The translations under genes were made by a program, and so were the position numbers. A DNA stretch of 64,000 bases from a virus, in IMG/VR virus record IMGVR_UViG_3300036980_001087, positions 1-64,000 of that record; one strand, 5' to 3'. Positions within the stretch are counted from its first letter, which is position 1. Every line of letters begins with the position of its first letter. This document shows, piece by piece, positions 46,367-57,002 of this stretch. The notes under the pieces are model-generated. The model saw only the letters and a program-made list of their open reading frames with translations. It did not search any database and was not told where the DNA came from.

Positions 46367-47698
46367 TTATTTTCCCTGCAAAACTTTCAAAAAGCCCTGC
46401 TCGGGTGTTACTACTTCTTTAACTTCTTTCACCGGCACCACAGCATCTTTATTGACTAAGGGGGTGCTTTTCGAGGGATCAACAACTACCTCTTTTACCT
46501 TAGCCTGCAAGGCGCCTAGATCCTTCGTTATCTGATTCAGTTGTTCCGTGATAGGAGCTTGATTCGCCTTTTCGATCTTCAAACCGTCTACTTCGGCAGT
46601 GAGGGATTTAATCATAGCCTCTTTCTCTTCCAACTGTTTCTGATAATCGGCTCTAATAGCCTTTAATTCTTCTTCTGTATAAGTTCTAACTGCTACTACC
46701 TGTTCAGTTTCGGTAACTTTCAGCGCGTCATTTATTAAGGTTTCTTTGGTAGATTCTACCTTAGATTCCTGGGTAATGACAGCTTTGCCTTCTGTGACTT
46801 CCCTTGTGGTAACTATTTCAGCAGTCTCTTTGACTGTTTCAACTACCACATTGGCAGGCGCTGGATCAGCAGGAGCTTCCTGCTTCACGACAGGTTCAAC
46901 CGCAGGGTCAATTTTTACTTCCTCGGCCTTGACTTCTTCAGATTTAACTTCTTCAACTACTGGGGCAGTAACTATTTCTTCCACCTTTACTTCTTCTACT
47001 GCAGTCTTTTCCACAACTACCTCCTCTGCTATAAGTTCTTTAGTTTCAGTAACTTCTACATCTTTTTTAGTAGTCACTGGTTTGGGTAATTTATCATCCT
47101 TTACTTCATCTGGAATTGCGCCTAAATTCTCAATCTGCTTTTCTTTAAATGTATCCTCTTGTCCAACAACATCTTGCAATGCTTTAGTTAAAGACTTATG
47201 TGCAAACTCAGCCCTACAATTGGCAGGCAATCCTACCACAGACACTTCAAAAAGTTCCATCGAAGAGATCACATTTACGGGAGTTGCGGGCTTGGTCTTT
47301 AAATAGGGGAACCGGTGAATCGCCTCTGTAGGAGAAACCCTTTCCCCAGCGGTAAGCCTGCCCCCAATAGAGAACTTGCTAATTATTCCTTCTTCAATCT
47401 TTTTACGTAACTCCTCTTCCCACTGAGAGATATAGATTTTAACCCATAGTCCCTGATTATCTACTTTAGCATCATCTAAGCGGCCGATTGCGCGGTTATA
47501 ATCATGATTAAAGAAGACAGTATTTCCAAATTCTAATAGGCCAATAGCTGCCTCTTTGAGGGCATCAAGGACTATAATATCACCCTGGCGATCTAAGTCT
47601 TTAGTCGCCGCATATCCCTCGATGTAAAACCCCTTGCCTTCATGGCCGGATTTTACGATATCTAAACTAAAATAAAAATCGTTTTTTAAAAGTGTCAT
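46367..47698 (-). CDS. HK97-type prohead protease fused to an acidic scaffold domain
   Basis: IEGYA, DRQGD, FNH...IG, FSIGG, L.EVSVV..PAN; E/V/K-rich C-terminus with coiled coil; start set at ATG 47698. Confidence 0.9.
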   Translation of the reverse strand: MTLLKNDFYFSLDIVKSGHEGKGFYIEGYAATKDLDRQGDIIVLDALKEAAIGLLEFGNTVFFNHDYNRAIGRLDDAKVDNQGLWVKIYISQWEEELRKKIEEGIISKFSIGGRLTAGERVSPTEAIHRFPYLKTKPATPVNVISSMELFEVSVVGLPANCRAEFAHKSLTKALQDVVGQEDTFKEKQIENLGAIPDEVKDDKLPKPVTTKKDVEVTETKELIAEEVVVEKTAVEEVKVEEIVTAPVVEEVKSEEVKAEEVKIDPAVEPVVKQEAPADPAPANVVVETVKETAEIVTTREVTEGKAVITQESKVESTKETLINDALKVTETEQVVAVRTYTEEELKAIRADYQKQLEEKEAMIKSLTAEVDGLKIEKANQAPITEQLNQITKDLGALQAKVKEVVVDPSKSTPLVNKDAVVPVKEVKEVVTPEQGFLKVLQGK

Positions 47699-47718
47699 AG
47701 TTTGTTCCCTCTCTACTA

Positions 47719-47727
47719 ATTGAAAAC
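47719..47727 (-). promoter_or_regulatory. GTTTTCAAT motif
   Basis: Upstream of the protease-capsid operon. Confidence 0.7.
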
Positions 47728-47767
47728 ACCTCAAATCATGAAAGTTACAACTTTTTATTCTAATTCT

Positions 47768-48001
47768 TTAGTTTAATGCACTTCTAGCAGCCTGTCTTGC
47801 GGTGATTTCAGTCAGCTCATCAGAAGAAAATAAAGTCTGTTCTGGGTTATCAGTAACCCACTGCTGAAGTAATTTTTCAAGTAATTTTAATAATTTATAA
47901 TCTGTAGCTCCTAATAGTTGATAATTTGAATCACATACATGTTCCGGATCATCACTATTAAATGTTTTACCACATTTAGTACATATGCCTTTATCTGCCA
48001 T
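47768..48001 (-). CDS. Small protein with zinc knuckle
   Basis: CTKC...H.C; GGAGTGA SD. Confidence 0.55.
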   Translation of the reverse strand: MADKGICTKCGKTFNSDDPEHVCDSNYQLLGATDYKLLKLLEKLLQQWVTDNPEQTLFSSDELTEITARQAARSALN

Positions 48002-48010
48002 GATCACTCC

Positions 48011-50425
48011 TTATAGTTTCTTTTTCAATATCCATAACTCAACGTGAGTACCCGCTCCAAAGCCACCAGTTACTGAGGATCTTATGGGAATGATAGTTAT
48101 ATTGTCACTAGCATTATTCCAACTATGCCCACATAAACTAACTCCGGTAACTGTAGTGGTACCTATTCCAGCACAGCTTTCAACTAATGCTACCCTAATA
48201 TTCCCACTTTTTACATACATTAAACATTTAGAATACCCAAGTTGTCCAGAATTTGTAAAAGCAGAGTCCCCTAAATATATTTTGTCTTCTATTGTAGAGC
48301 GATTAGCGGATGCTGTTGTATTAATTCCATATAGTGATTGCCTTCCATAATTGGCTCCTATATCAGTATTAAAAATAAAATAATCTTGCATAGAGGCTTG
48401 TGCAGATACAGTCCTTACAATTAATTCATAAAGCGTATCTATATTTCCATTAAGATCGGTTAACACTATCTGTGTTCTTGCTCCCCCATAATCAGAAAAT
48501 ATTGGAGGGGTAAAATTTGAGGTCCATTTAGCTAGGCCCTTGGATATTCGATATTCATTAATATATCCCGTAATACCAGTTCCATTAGAGGCCACATATA
48601 GCGCCGCACCAATGTCTCCAAAAGTATTTGAACTTATTACCGTAGTAACAGTAACGTCCGTTAATTCGATCCCATTTAAATATGCTTTTAATGAAGTGCC
48701 ATTCCTAACTATTGCTATATGGTGCCAAGTATTAGTCGTTATTCCCGTATTATTCCAAGTATAGTCAGCCCTGGCAGTACTTGAATCTACCGCATAAAAT
48801 CTTAATTCCCCATTTAAATTAAACCAACTACAAATACGATTATTAGAATCGGCGTATTGATAATAAAAATATGAACCGTTCTGCAGGGAAGTAAACCTAA
48901 TCCAAGTATCTATGGTAAAATCCCCGCTTCCAAAATTCCAATCTGCAGAATCTGAAAGAGAAAGATATTGTCCACTCCCAGAAAAAGATATGGCACTTCC
49001 ACACTCAGGAAATTTATATTGTGTAGTAGATAATGTAGTTCCTGAATTTGTAATTGTCTTTCCAGTAGCATCTGCAATAGCATCCCCATGTATCATTAAC
49101 TTAGTGTATGCATCAAGTGTTGGAATGTCTATTTCTTTTGTTAATTGCATAATTCCTGCATTAATATTAGTTTTAATATTTAATTTTCCAGTCTTTACTC
49201 CTACAGTAGCAGCTTCTCCGGAGAGAGTACGTTTAAAAAGTAGTAAATGAGTACCTACTCCAATTGCTCCTGGTTGACTAGTAGCTAAAACTAAAGAGGT
49301 AATATTATCTACTACGTTATTCCAACTACGACCAATAAGAACCACTCCAGTTACTGTAGTAGTAGATATATCATATGCAAATTTTTCAATTGATGTTCTA
49401 ACTAGTCCAGATTTTGCTTGTAATATAATATCTGACATACTTATTCTATTTAATGCTGCTGCTCCACCACCTAAATAAAATTCAGCCGCAGTAGACCTTA
49501 CTGCTGCTGCAGCCGTGCTTATTCCAGATATATTTTGTCCCCCATAATTAGCAGCGGTAGAGTCGTTATTTGGGCGTAAATAACAACCACATGCTCCATC
49601 ATATTTATTAACTAATCTACTTACTAATCTATACTCTTCGTCCACATCTCCGTTAAGTCCAGAGAATGTATAGGAATTTGTTATATAGGCCTCAGTAGGC
49701 GGAGTAAAGTTTGAGGTCCACCTTGCTATTCCTTTACTTACTCTAAATTCATCAATCCAACCATTAAAATAAGACTCCCAATAACCAAAACGTCCAATTT
49801 GAAATAATTGAGCAAAGTTATCTAATGTACAACTATATGAACCTGCGTCTAAAGTTAATGCTTTACTAACCCCGTCTATAAACATATACCATGTATTTCC
49901 ACTTCTTACTAAAGCAATATGATACCAAGTATTAACTACAGGAGTAAATGAACAATGGCATGTAATCCTAAAGGTTCCAAGATTATTAGCCATAAATATT
50001 AATGTATGTGAGGAATTATCATATCTTAGTCCATTGTAATAATTAGTACCAAAATCCGCCTGGGACCAAATAGTTTCGATTCCTGCCAAAGATGCAAACC
50101 TAATCCAACAATCTGTTGTAAAACTACCAGAACCGAAATCCCATGAAGCACTATCAGGTAAAGTTACGTAGTCCGAATCCCCATCTAATAATAATGATGC
50201 ACTTCCAAATTTCTTTTGGGCAGTATCTAATTGAGCAGTACCATTAAAAGTAAATGCTCCGGCTATATGGTCTGTATAAGCAGTAGCACCATCTGCTCCA
50301 TCAAAGTGGGAGCATGTTTTATCATAGGAATCCACTGCATATTCAACTAATTTTTCTTCTACTAGTTGCCACCCATCAAAGTGTAAATTTCCTAAAGAGG
50401 ATTGGTTTAATTTTCCAATATCCAT
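48011..50425 (-). CDS. Adhesin/fibre protein with two LamG (ConA-like) domains
   Basis: Two DFGSG.FT...WIR...W.HIA.VR.G...G.I.E.R.SKG.A.WTSNFTPP units. Confidence 0.85.
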   Translation of the reverse strand: MDIGKLNQSSLGNLHFDGWQLVEEKLVEYAVDSYDKTCSHFDGADGATAYTDHIAGAFTFNGTAQLDTAQKKFGSASLLLDGDSDYVTLPDSASWDFGSGSFTTDCWIRFASLAGIETIWSQADFGTNYYNGLRYDNSSHTLIFMANNLGTFRITCHCSFTPVVNTWYHIALVRSGNTWYMFIDGVSKALTLDAGSYSCTLDNFAQLFQIGRFGYWESYFNGWIDEFRVSKGIARWTSNFTPPTEAYITNSYTFSGLNGDVDEEYRLVSRLVNKYDGACGCYLRPNNDSTAANYGGQNISGISTAAAAVRSTAAEFYLGGGAAALNRISMSDIILQAKSGLVRTSIEKFAYDISTTTVTGVVLIGRSWNNVVDNITSLVLATSQPGAIGVGTHLLLFKRTLSGEAATVGVKTGKLNIKTNINAGIMQLTKEIDIPTLDAYTKLMIHGDAIADATGKTITNSGTTLSTTQYKFPECGSAISFSGSGQYLSLSDSADWNFGSGDFTIDTWIRFTSLQNGSYFYYQYADSNNRICSWFNLNGELRFYAVDSSTARADYTWNNTGITTNTWHHIAIVRNGTSLKAYLNGIELTDVTVTTVISSNTFGDIGAALYVASNGTGITGYINEYRISKGLAKWTSNFTPPIFSDYGGARTQIVLTDLNGNIDTLYELIVRTVSAQASMQDYFIFNTDIGANYGRQSLYGINTTASANRSTIEDKIYLGDSAFTNSGQLGYSKCLMYVKSGNIRVALVESCAGIGTTTVTGVSLCGHSWNNASDNITIIPIRSSVTGGFGAGTHVELWILKKKL

Positions 50426-52050
50426 TATGTTATCCTCCGGTATAAATCTATCTGTGAACCAATTCCAATACCATTTGTTTGATCAGCTAAAATTACTAAA
50501 GAAGTAATATTATCGGCAGTATTATTCCAAGCTTGCCCCTCTATTTTAAGCACAGAAACAGTAGTTCCGGATGTTCTATATTGCGCCTTTTGTATAACTG
50601 TACGAATATATCCAGCTTTAGCATATAAATTTAATTCTGAAAAAGATATATCCCCTAATGCTGCAGCTGCCGTTATAACAATACAATTATTTCCAGTTGT
50701 AGATCTACCTGCTCCAATAGTAGTATTGGCCCCATATAAAATCTGTTGCCCATATGTATCTGTAGAAATATTATTTATTAATAATTTATAATTTGGGCCT
50801 CCATTATATCCATTAACTATTTTAACTCTAAGCATATATTCAACATCAGTGTCCCCGTTTAAACAATAATTAAAAATATTCTCTGAAGTGGTTTGCGGAA
50901 TAGTTGTACCTTCAATGCAGATTGCTCCGTCAATATAACCAGAAGTATCACCACTTATTACGCCAAGAAAACAATACACTTGTGTAGCAGAACTGTCAAC
51001 CGTGCGTGTAACTGTAATCCATTCCCAGGTGGACCCACCTGTATGCCAAGTGGATTCCGAAGTACCTACTCCATCTTCAATATATAATCTTACTCTCGTT
51101 GCTACTGTTGCATAAACCCAAGCGCCGAAAGTCACTGTTCTGCCCCTCCAATAGCTTATTCCCTTCTCCGCGTGAAATATATTATTTAGTTGTACGTTTG
51201 TTCCTGATCTTGTAAGTTTAGCAGAATAAGTGCCTATATTAACTATGGTGCTTTCTTTTGCAATAATTGCACCAGCACCAGAAGTCGTCCAACCATCGGG
51301 GTCCGAAGAAGCGCCAGCTGACCAAGTCTCAAAATCAGAATTAGCTAAAAGATTACCATTAAGTCCTGAAATTATGATTGATGTGGCTGGAAGTGGAGTT
51401 ATTGCAAACTGAACATTTTGAATAAAGCCATATATGGGATAAGTTCCTGCTTGATGACAATGATTAATTCCATAAAAATATCTATATTTTGTGGTGCTTA
51501 ATCCAGATAAAGTTAATGTTGTTGCTACTTTATTTGTACGTTCTACATTAGTATAAAAATTACATATAGCCGTGTCTGCACCGGCTGCACGTATTACTCT
51601 TGCATAATAAGTTGTATCTGCAGAAAAAGCATAAGCCGTAGCATCATAGGTAGCAAAATTTCCTCTTAATGCAACTGCTCTAATTCCTCCAGCTTCTTTA
51701 TTAAGTCCAAATTGAATAGCTACTGAACTACCAGATACATCATCTATAATATTGCTAAAGGCAATTCCAGAAAATCCTGCAGTAGAACAAGCAGTATCTA
51801 TGCGCATTTCAAAATCTACATATATTCTATCAAAATAATCCGTGCCAAAATCTTTATATACGTAATCGTCTACGTTAGAAACATATCCAGACAAAGTAAT
51901 TTTATTAGTCTCTACTGTTAATTTATTTTGAGTATTGACTACAGTATATTCAGAAAAATTTTCTATTGGATTTAAGGTAAAGGGAATTGAATAGATTTTC
52001 TGCCAGACATTATTTAAAGAGCCTAAAGCTCTAAGGTTTCCTATTTTCAT
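50425..52050 (-). CDS. Adhesin/fibre protein with a CBM4/9-like domain
   Basis: NLLANSDFE.W...PDGW...TFGAWV...W....VT; shares a scaffold domain with 48011..50425. Confidence 0.7.
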   Translation of the reverse strand: MKIGNLRALGSLNNVWQKIYSIPFTLNPIENFSEYTVVNTQNKLTVETNKITLSGYVSNVDDYVYKDFGTDYFDRIYVDFEMRIDTACSTAGFSGIAFSNIIDDVSGSSVAIQFGLNKEAGGIRAVALRGNFATYDATAYAFSADTTYYARVIRAAGADTAICNFYTNVERTNKVATTLTLSGLSTTKYRYFYGINHCHQAGTYPIYGFIQNVQFAITPLPATSIIISGLNGNLLANSDFETWSAGASSDPDGWTTSGAGAIIAKESTIVNIGTYSAKLTRSGTNVQLNNIFHAEKGISYWRGRTVTFGAWVYATVATRVRLYIEDGVGTSESTWHTGGSTWEWITVTRTVDSSATQVYCFLGVISGDTSGYIDGAICIEGTTIPQTTSENIFNYCLNGDTDVEYMLRVKIVNGYNGGPNYKLLINNISTDTYGQQILYGANTTIGAGRSTTGNNCIVITAAAALGDISFSELNLYAKAGYIRTVIQKAQYRTSGTTVSVLKIEGQAWNNTADNITSLVILADQTNGIGIGSQIDLYRRIT

Positions 52051-52053
52051 AGT

Positions 52054-52512
52054 TTACACCTGATAAATATAGCCCCAGGTTCCAGTTAAAGTACCATAAG
52101 AGGTAAGGTCTATTTCCACTGAATTAGTTGCTCCAGTTACTTCATCCGGAATGATCTGCTTATTATCATTATTAAAAATTGCAATAATAATGCAATATGG
52201 AGCGGAAAGACCTTTACTGTGGGTAATAGTAAGTTTACCTGCACTTAAAGATGCATTGGTGAAGGTTCCTCTAGTGGCTGCTGCTCCTACCTGCTCTTCA
52301 GTTCCGGAACTATCTAATTTATAAAGTTTACTATCAGATTTAAAATAAAGTTTATTAGTTCCCGAAGATGGATTGGCTGGTGTTGAAATTTGGGTGCAGA
52401 TCATTGCACCTAATACATTAATAGTTTTAAAGAATGCAGAAAGCCAGTTCTTTGCACTGGTTCCTATATTTCCTTCACCATCTGCGCGAGGTACAATATT
52501 TCTAGTGGCCAT
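52054..52512 (-). CDS. Short fibre protein
   Basis: IVP...G..NIG...K.W, P..G..KLY.K, ITH..G motifs typical of fibre proteins. Confidence 0.6.
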   Translation of the reverse strand: MATRNIVPRADGEGNIGTSAKNWLSAFFKTINVLGAMICTQISTPANPSSGTNKLYFKSDSKLYKLDSSGTEEQVGAAATRGTFTNASLSAGKLTITHSKGLSAPYCIIIAIFNNDNKQIIPDEVTGATNSVEIDLTSYGTLTGTWGYIYQV

Positions 52513-52549
52513 CTTTACGCTCCTTGAATTGCATGCATAACAGAGCTAG

Positions 52550-53101
52550 TTATGCTTTTGGTTGAATATCATCATTACCATCTAACTCATATACATCATC
52601 TATAATTCCATCAGTCTGTGGCTCAATATCCCCATTTATATCAATCTCAAACAATCCAGACTGCCCTAAATCTGTCCAGGTCTCACTATCCCCACCATTA
52701 CTAATTTTCCATTTTAATTCATTTGCATCATACTTAATTGTTGGACAATAAGTCTGATTAGTTCTAGCTATAAAAGACTTATCATTTAATAAACTATCCC
52801 CTAAATAAAAATTATTATCCGATGATTTTGAAATCTCGGTCCATACAGCGCCAGTATAAATGTAAAGTTTATCTGTGTCCTCAACCCAACAAATTAGTCC
52901 CTCTACTCTGGCCTTATATTCCCAGGTACTGTCGGTATATGTTGCTATATCTAATTTATGAGACTCCCAAACTCCAGTAGCATTACTAGGAATTAGGTAC
53001 CTGTCTCCCTTATTAGGGCTAGTAGGTACGTCAGTAGACGCACTTTTAACAGGCTGTTGCCAGGAGAACTGTTCTAGAGTTGGGACTTTATATCCTGCCA
53101 T
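52550..53101 (-). CDS. DUF2793-domain fibre protein
   Basis: P.SP..GDRY.I...ATG.W......IA...W......EG...WV. Confidence 0.75.
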   Translation of the reverse strand: MAGYKVPTLEQFSWQQPVKSASTDVPTSPNKGDRYLIPSNATGVWESHKLDIATYTDSTWEYKARVEGLICWVEDTDKLYIYTGAVWTEISKSSDNNFYLGDSLLNDKSFIARTNQTYCPTIKYDANELKWKISNGGDSETWTDLGQSGLFEIDINGDIEPQTDGIIDDVYELDGNDDIQPKA

Positions 53102-53125
53102 TTTATTCTATTCAATTAGTCAAAG

Positions 53126-54853
53126 TTATTTCCATGCCTCAGGAATAGAAGCAGCATTACTAAATCTTGCCGCAACTTGCCATCCAGAGAAGCAGTCCGT
53201 TTTTATAGGAGTTGCTGTTCCAAAATCATAATTCCATAGATCTGGGGCTTCTCCTTGTATTCCGGTCCAATCAGCATTATCATGGAAACAATTTGTAAAA
53301 ATAACTTCTTGGTTTAAAAATCTTGTATCCTCATCTCCCTCATCACAAAAAATACGAGCATTAACTTGTAATTTCTTACCATATGAAAGGGCCTGTTCAA
53401 AATTAGTAGCAAGCGTATTATATTTAAATAATCCCTCAGGTAGTGTAGCTAAATCATAACATTGTATAAACGCATATCCAAAACTTAAAGCTTTAGTATT
53501 ATATCTAAATAAATCAGTAGGCAGAGAGGTAATCCCTGAATTACCAAAAGCACTATCAAAATACTCTACTTCTGTATTATATTTAAAAATATCCGCAGGA
53601 ATAGTGGTTAAGTCTGGACAAACACAGAATACTCCCCAAAAATCATTTACAATAATATTATATTTAAATAAATTAGCAGGAATAGAGGTTATTTTAGTAC
53701 AACTAAAAGAACCACCAAAAGTAGTAACTTTTGTATTGTATTTAAAAATATTCTCGTTTATTGATACTATCCCTGTATTATAAAATACATTACTTAAATC
53801 CCACACTTCTGTATTATACTTAAACAATTCCTCAGGAATTGATGTTATATTTTCACAATTAAAAAATAAACCAGCAAAATCTTCTGCTAAAACTAACGTA
53901 TCCAATAGGTGTTCTGGTATTTCTGTTAATCCAGTACAATCAGAAAATGCATTATAAAATATTCTTGCATTTATATTATACTTAAATATATTTACTGGAA
54001 TTGAAGTTAAAGATGTGCATTCAGAAAATATAGTATTAAAATCTTCAGCTAATGTATTATATTTAAAAAGGTCTTCAGGTATTGATGTTAATCCAGTACA
54101 TCCACTAAATACTCCAACAAAATTTATTGCATCTATATTATACTTAAAAAGATCCTCAGGTATTGATTTTAATCTACTACATCTACTAAATGTTTCTGTA
54201 AAATCAGCTCCCGTATAATATTTAAAAAGTCGCTTAGGTATATACTCTAAAGATTTACAATTATAAAACATTTTAGTATAATTTGTTAAAGCAGAAAGAT
54301 TGGCCATAGTGCTATCTAAAGTAATAAGATTAGTACAATCTCCAAAATTCAATTTAGTTAAGCCTACAGTACCTACCACATCCCCAACTCTTGTAATCAT
54401 CTTTTTAGAAAGATCATGTCCTACATAAACGAAATAGGTTTCCCAGTTAGCTCCTGTAGTGGGTTCATTTTCAGGTCTATGTTCCTCTTCCAAAATACAT
54501 TCGTAAATATCTCCGTTGTCCAGAGTTATCCTATCTCCAACTAAATAATTTGAACTAAACCCAACTGGAGAATCCCAATGTATTAAATCTGGAGCTTGGT
54601 TGAAGTCTAATATTGTACATTGCCCAATAATAACTATAATTTTAGGTGTTGCATTTAAATAAGTATGGCTTATATCTTCATCATCATAAGAAGTAATTGT
54701 TGCTATGGCTGATCCGTCCCCCCAATTTACAGTAAAATCATAAGTACCATCTTCATGTAATGGGAGAGTAAATTTATAATCATCTACTGGAGTAATATAT
54801 AATTTTATTCTATTTGTACTTGGGTCTATTTTAGTTGGTAATGGACTAGACAT
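53126..54853 (-). CDS. BspA/DUF285-type leucine-rich-repeat surface protein with PKD-like N-terminus
   Basis: VNWGDG; about twelve ~25-aa LTSIPEDLFKYN...F...F..C repeats. Confidence 0.85.
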   Translation of the reverse strand: MSSPLPTKIDPSTNRIKLYITPVDDYKFTLPLHEDGTYDFTVNWGDGSAIATITSYDDEDISHTYLNATPKIIVIIGQCTILDFNQAPDLIHWDSPVGFSSNYLVGDRITLDNGDIYECILEEEHRPENEPTTGANWETYFVYVGHDLSKKMITRVGDVVGTVGLTKLNFGDCTNLITLDSTMANLSALTNYTKMFYNCKSLEYIPKRLFKYYTGADFTETFSRCSRLKSIPEDLFKYNIDAINFVGVFSGCTGLTSIPEDLFKYNTLAEDFNTIFSECTSLTSIPVNIFKYNINARIFYNAFSDCTGLTEIPEHLLDTLVLAEDFAGLFFNCENITSIPEELFKYNTEVWDLSNVFYNTGIVSINENIFKYNTKVTTFGGSFSCTKITSIPANLFKYNIIVNDFWGVFCVCPDLTTIPADIFKYNTEVEYFDSAFGNSGITSLPTDLFRYNTKALSFGYAFIQCYDLATLPEGLFKYNTLATNFEQALSYGKKLQVNARIFCDEGDEDTRFLNQEVIFTNCFHDNADWTGIQGEAPDLWNYDFGTATPIKTDCFSGWQVAARFSNAASIPEAWK

Positions 54854-54871
54854 ACTACTCCTTATTTAATA

Positions 54872-54900
54872 GGGAGGATCCCAAAAAATGGGATCCTCCC
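54872..54900 (-). terminator. Perfect 12-bp hairpin between fibre genes
   Basis: GGGAGGATCCCA / TGGGATCCTCCC; weak U-tract, so it may be a stabiliser or leaky terminator. Confidence 0.55.
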
Positions 54901-54916
54901 CGATTATTTCTTTAAA

Positions 54917-56683
54917 TTATCCGTCTATAAGCAAGCACTTATAATCGGCATCATACACTGCACCGGGACCGGTCTCACCTTGAAAACCCTGGTTACCCTG
55001 GTCGCCCTGGTCTCCCTTTACTCCTTGGAAGCCTTGAGTTCCCTGGTCTCCTTGGTCACCTTGTGCTCCAGTGTCGCCCTGAGGCCCTTGAGCTCCAGTT
55101 GCACCTTGTGCGCCTTGATCTCCCTGAGGACCAACATCTCCAACGTCTCCTGTTCTTGCAAAAGTAATTAAAATATCAGCAAGATTTGAAAAGGCAGTTA
55201 AAGATCCAGAAACATATGCACATGCAACAGTATCATACCCAGACTTATCAGTAATTCCTCCAATAGTAAAGAGTGCAAACTGAGAAGCATCAGTTTTAAG
55301 GGAGATCTTAAAATGTCCCTTAATTGTGCTGGTGGATCCTGCTATTGTGTGCAAGAATGTTTCTATATTGGTGCTATTATCATCAACATCATCAATATGC
55401 ATTGACGTTGCCAATGATAAGTCATCATTATCAAACTTTAATTTTCCGGCTCCAGGATCAGTGTCATCATTATCCGTACTAAAGGTATAATCAAAAGTTT
55501 CTCCTCCAAAAGATCCTTGAGCGCCTTGCGCACCTTGATCTCCTTGGTCACCTTTGGCTCCCTGAAATCCTTGGGTGCCCTGATTTCCTTGAAAACCTTG
55601 GTTTCCCTGATCCCCTTGGTCACCTTGATCACCTTTGGCTCCTTCATCCCCTTGGTCGCCTTGAGGCCCTTGGGCTCCTGTTTCTCCCTGGTCGCCTTGA
55701 TTACCTTGATTTCCCTTTTCCACAAATAGTTCCCAAAATAAGGGATCAACTGTAGGTTCCTCGTCAGTTGTGGCTTGAATACAAACGTATCCACTGCCAT
55801 TATATTCAACACAATCATTAATACTATATACTCCCGAAACCCATGTGCCTTTCCATACAAATCCTTCAGCATCTGCTCCTGTGGCGCCTGTTACTCCTTG
55901 AAATCCTTGAGGACCCTGAGCTCCGGTTTCACCTTGGTCTCCCTGGAAACCTTGGTCACCCTGTGCACCCGCGTCACCTTGAAAGCCTTGATTGCCCTGG
56001 TCACCCTGGTAACCCATTTCACCCTGGGGCCCATCATTTCCTTGAAATCCCTGATCTCCAGTTTCACCATCAGCTCCCTTAACAGCCATTACTTCCCAAT
56101 AAGCTGTATCAACCGTGGGTTCTTCATCTGTAGTAGCTTGAATACAAATAAAACTACTACTAAAATACTCTACAACATCATTAACAGCGTAAACTCCTGC
56201 AACCCAAGGACCTTTCCAGGTAAATCCAAGTCCCTGATATCCCTGGTCTCCTTGGAAGCCTTTAGCTCCCTGGACTCCCTGATTACCTTGATCTCCTTGG
56301 GGTCCTTGATCTCCTTGAAAACCTTGATCCCCCTGGTCCCCTTGAGTTCCTTGAGGTCCATCTTCACCTTGAGGGCCTTGGTCACCTTGTGGCCCTACTA
56401 CGTCTCTAGCTTCCCAAACACCCCCTATAACATACAAAAATTCTTGAGTTGCCATATTCCATACTTGCCATCCATCTTCTGGAATATCATAGGTCCATGT
56501 TACAGGGCCAACTCCTGTACAAGTTGCAATCCAATTATCCTTATCTGCCCATATTCCCGTCGCTCCAACACCAATTATATGACGATCTCCCTTATCGGGG
56601 GTGGAGTCAGGAGTTACAAGTACATCAAGGACTGGAGGTTGCCATGAAAATGTCTCTAAAACTGGTATTCTATACTGTGCCAT
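54917..56683 (-). CDS. Collagen-like fibre protein: DUF2793 N-terminus, four Gly-X-Y blocks, two CBM-like modules
   Basis: GDQGFQ-type repeats; duplicated WKG.WV.GVY..ND.VEY...CIQATTDEEPTVD module. Confidence 0.88.
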   Translation of the reverse strand: MAQYRIPVLETFSWQPPVLDVLVTPDSTPDKGDRHIIGVGATGIWADKDNWIATCTGVGPVTWTYDIPEDGWQVWNMATQEFLYVIGGVWEARDVVGPQGDQGPQGEDGPQGTQGDQGDQGFQGDQGPQGDQGNQGVQGAKGFQGDQGYQGLGFTWKGPWVAGVYAVNDVVEYFSSSFICIQATTDEEPTVDTAYWEVMAVKGADGETGDQGFQGNDGPQGEMGYQGDQGNQGFQGDAGAQGDQGFQGDQGETGAQGPQGFQGVTGATGADAEGFVWKGTWVSGVYSINDCVEYNGSGYVCIQATTDEEPTVDPLFWELFVEKGNQGNQGDQGETGAQGPQGDQGDEGAKGDQGDQGDQGNQGFQGNQGTQGFQGAKGDQGDQGAQGAQGSFGGETFDYTFSTDNDDTDPGAGKLKFDNDDLSLATSMHIDDVDDNSTNIETFLHTIAGSTSTIKGHFKISLKTDASQFALFTIGGITDKSGYDTVACAYVSGSLTAFSNLADILITFARTGDVGDVGPQGDQGAQGATGAQGPQGDTGAQGDQGDQGTQGFQGVKGDQGDQGNQGFQGETGPGAVYDADYKCLLIDG

Positions 56684-56752
56684 TTTGTTTCTCCTTTATT
56701 ATATTACTTCTAAAACAAAGCTCAGAACCCTCTGAGTAATCTACACATATAC

Positions 56753-56998
56753 TTATGGTTCAGTTACAACATATGCTTTAAACGGGGCTACATACTCCAT
56801 AACCCTCGGAATTGCTAGTGGATCAGCATGCACATGGCTATTTGGATCTACTGGGCCCGCTGCTCCTTGCGGACCTTGTGGTCCAGTTGCCCCAGATGTA
56901 GTTATTCCTACCCTAATAATTTCAACCTCATTCATTGTAATATGAATAGGTTGGGCTTCTGTTATTGTTACAAATATTTGATCAGTACTATCTGGCAT
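56753..56998 (-). CDS. Small protein with a short collagen segment
   Basis: GATGPQGPQGAAGP. Confidence 0.6.
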   Translation of the reverse strand: MPDSTDQIFVTITEAQPIHITMNEVEIIRVGITTSGATGPQGPQGAAGPVDPNSHVHADPLAIPRVMEYVAPFKAYVVTEP

Positions 56999-57002
56999 AT
57001 AA

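Noticed and set aside
53400-54260. ~75-bp periodic DNA repeats as a CRISPR array or diversity-generating retroelement
   Set aside because: They are degenerate coding LRR repeats; no identical repeat-spacer pattern, no cas genes, no reverse transcriptase
54980-56739. Several long antisense or alternate-frame ORFs over the collagen gene
   Set aside because: By-products of Gly-X-Y codon periodicity; no SD and no protein-like features
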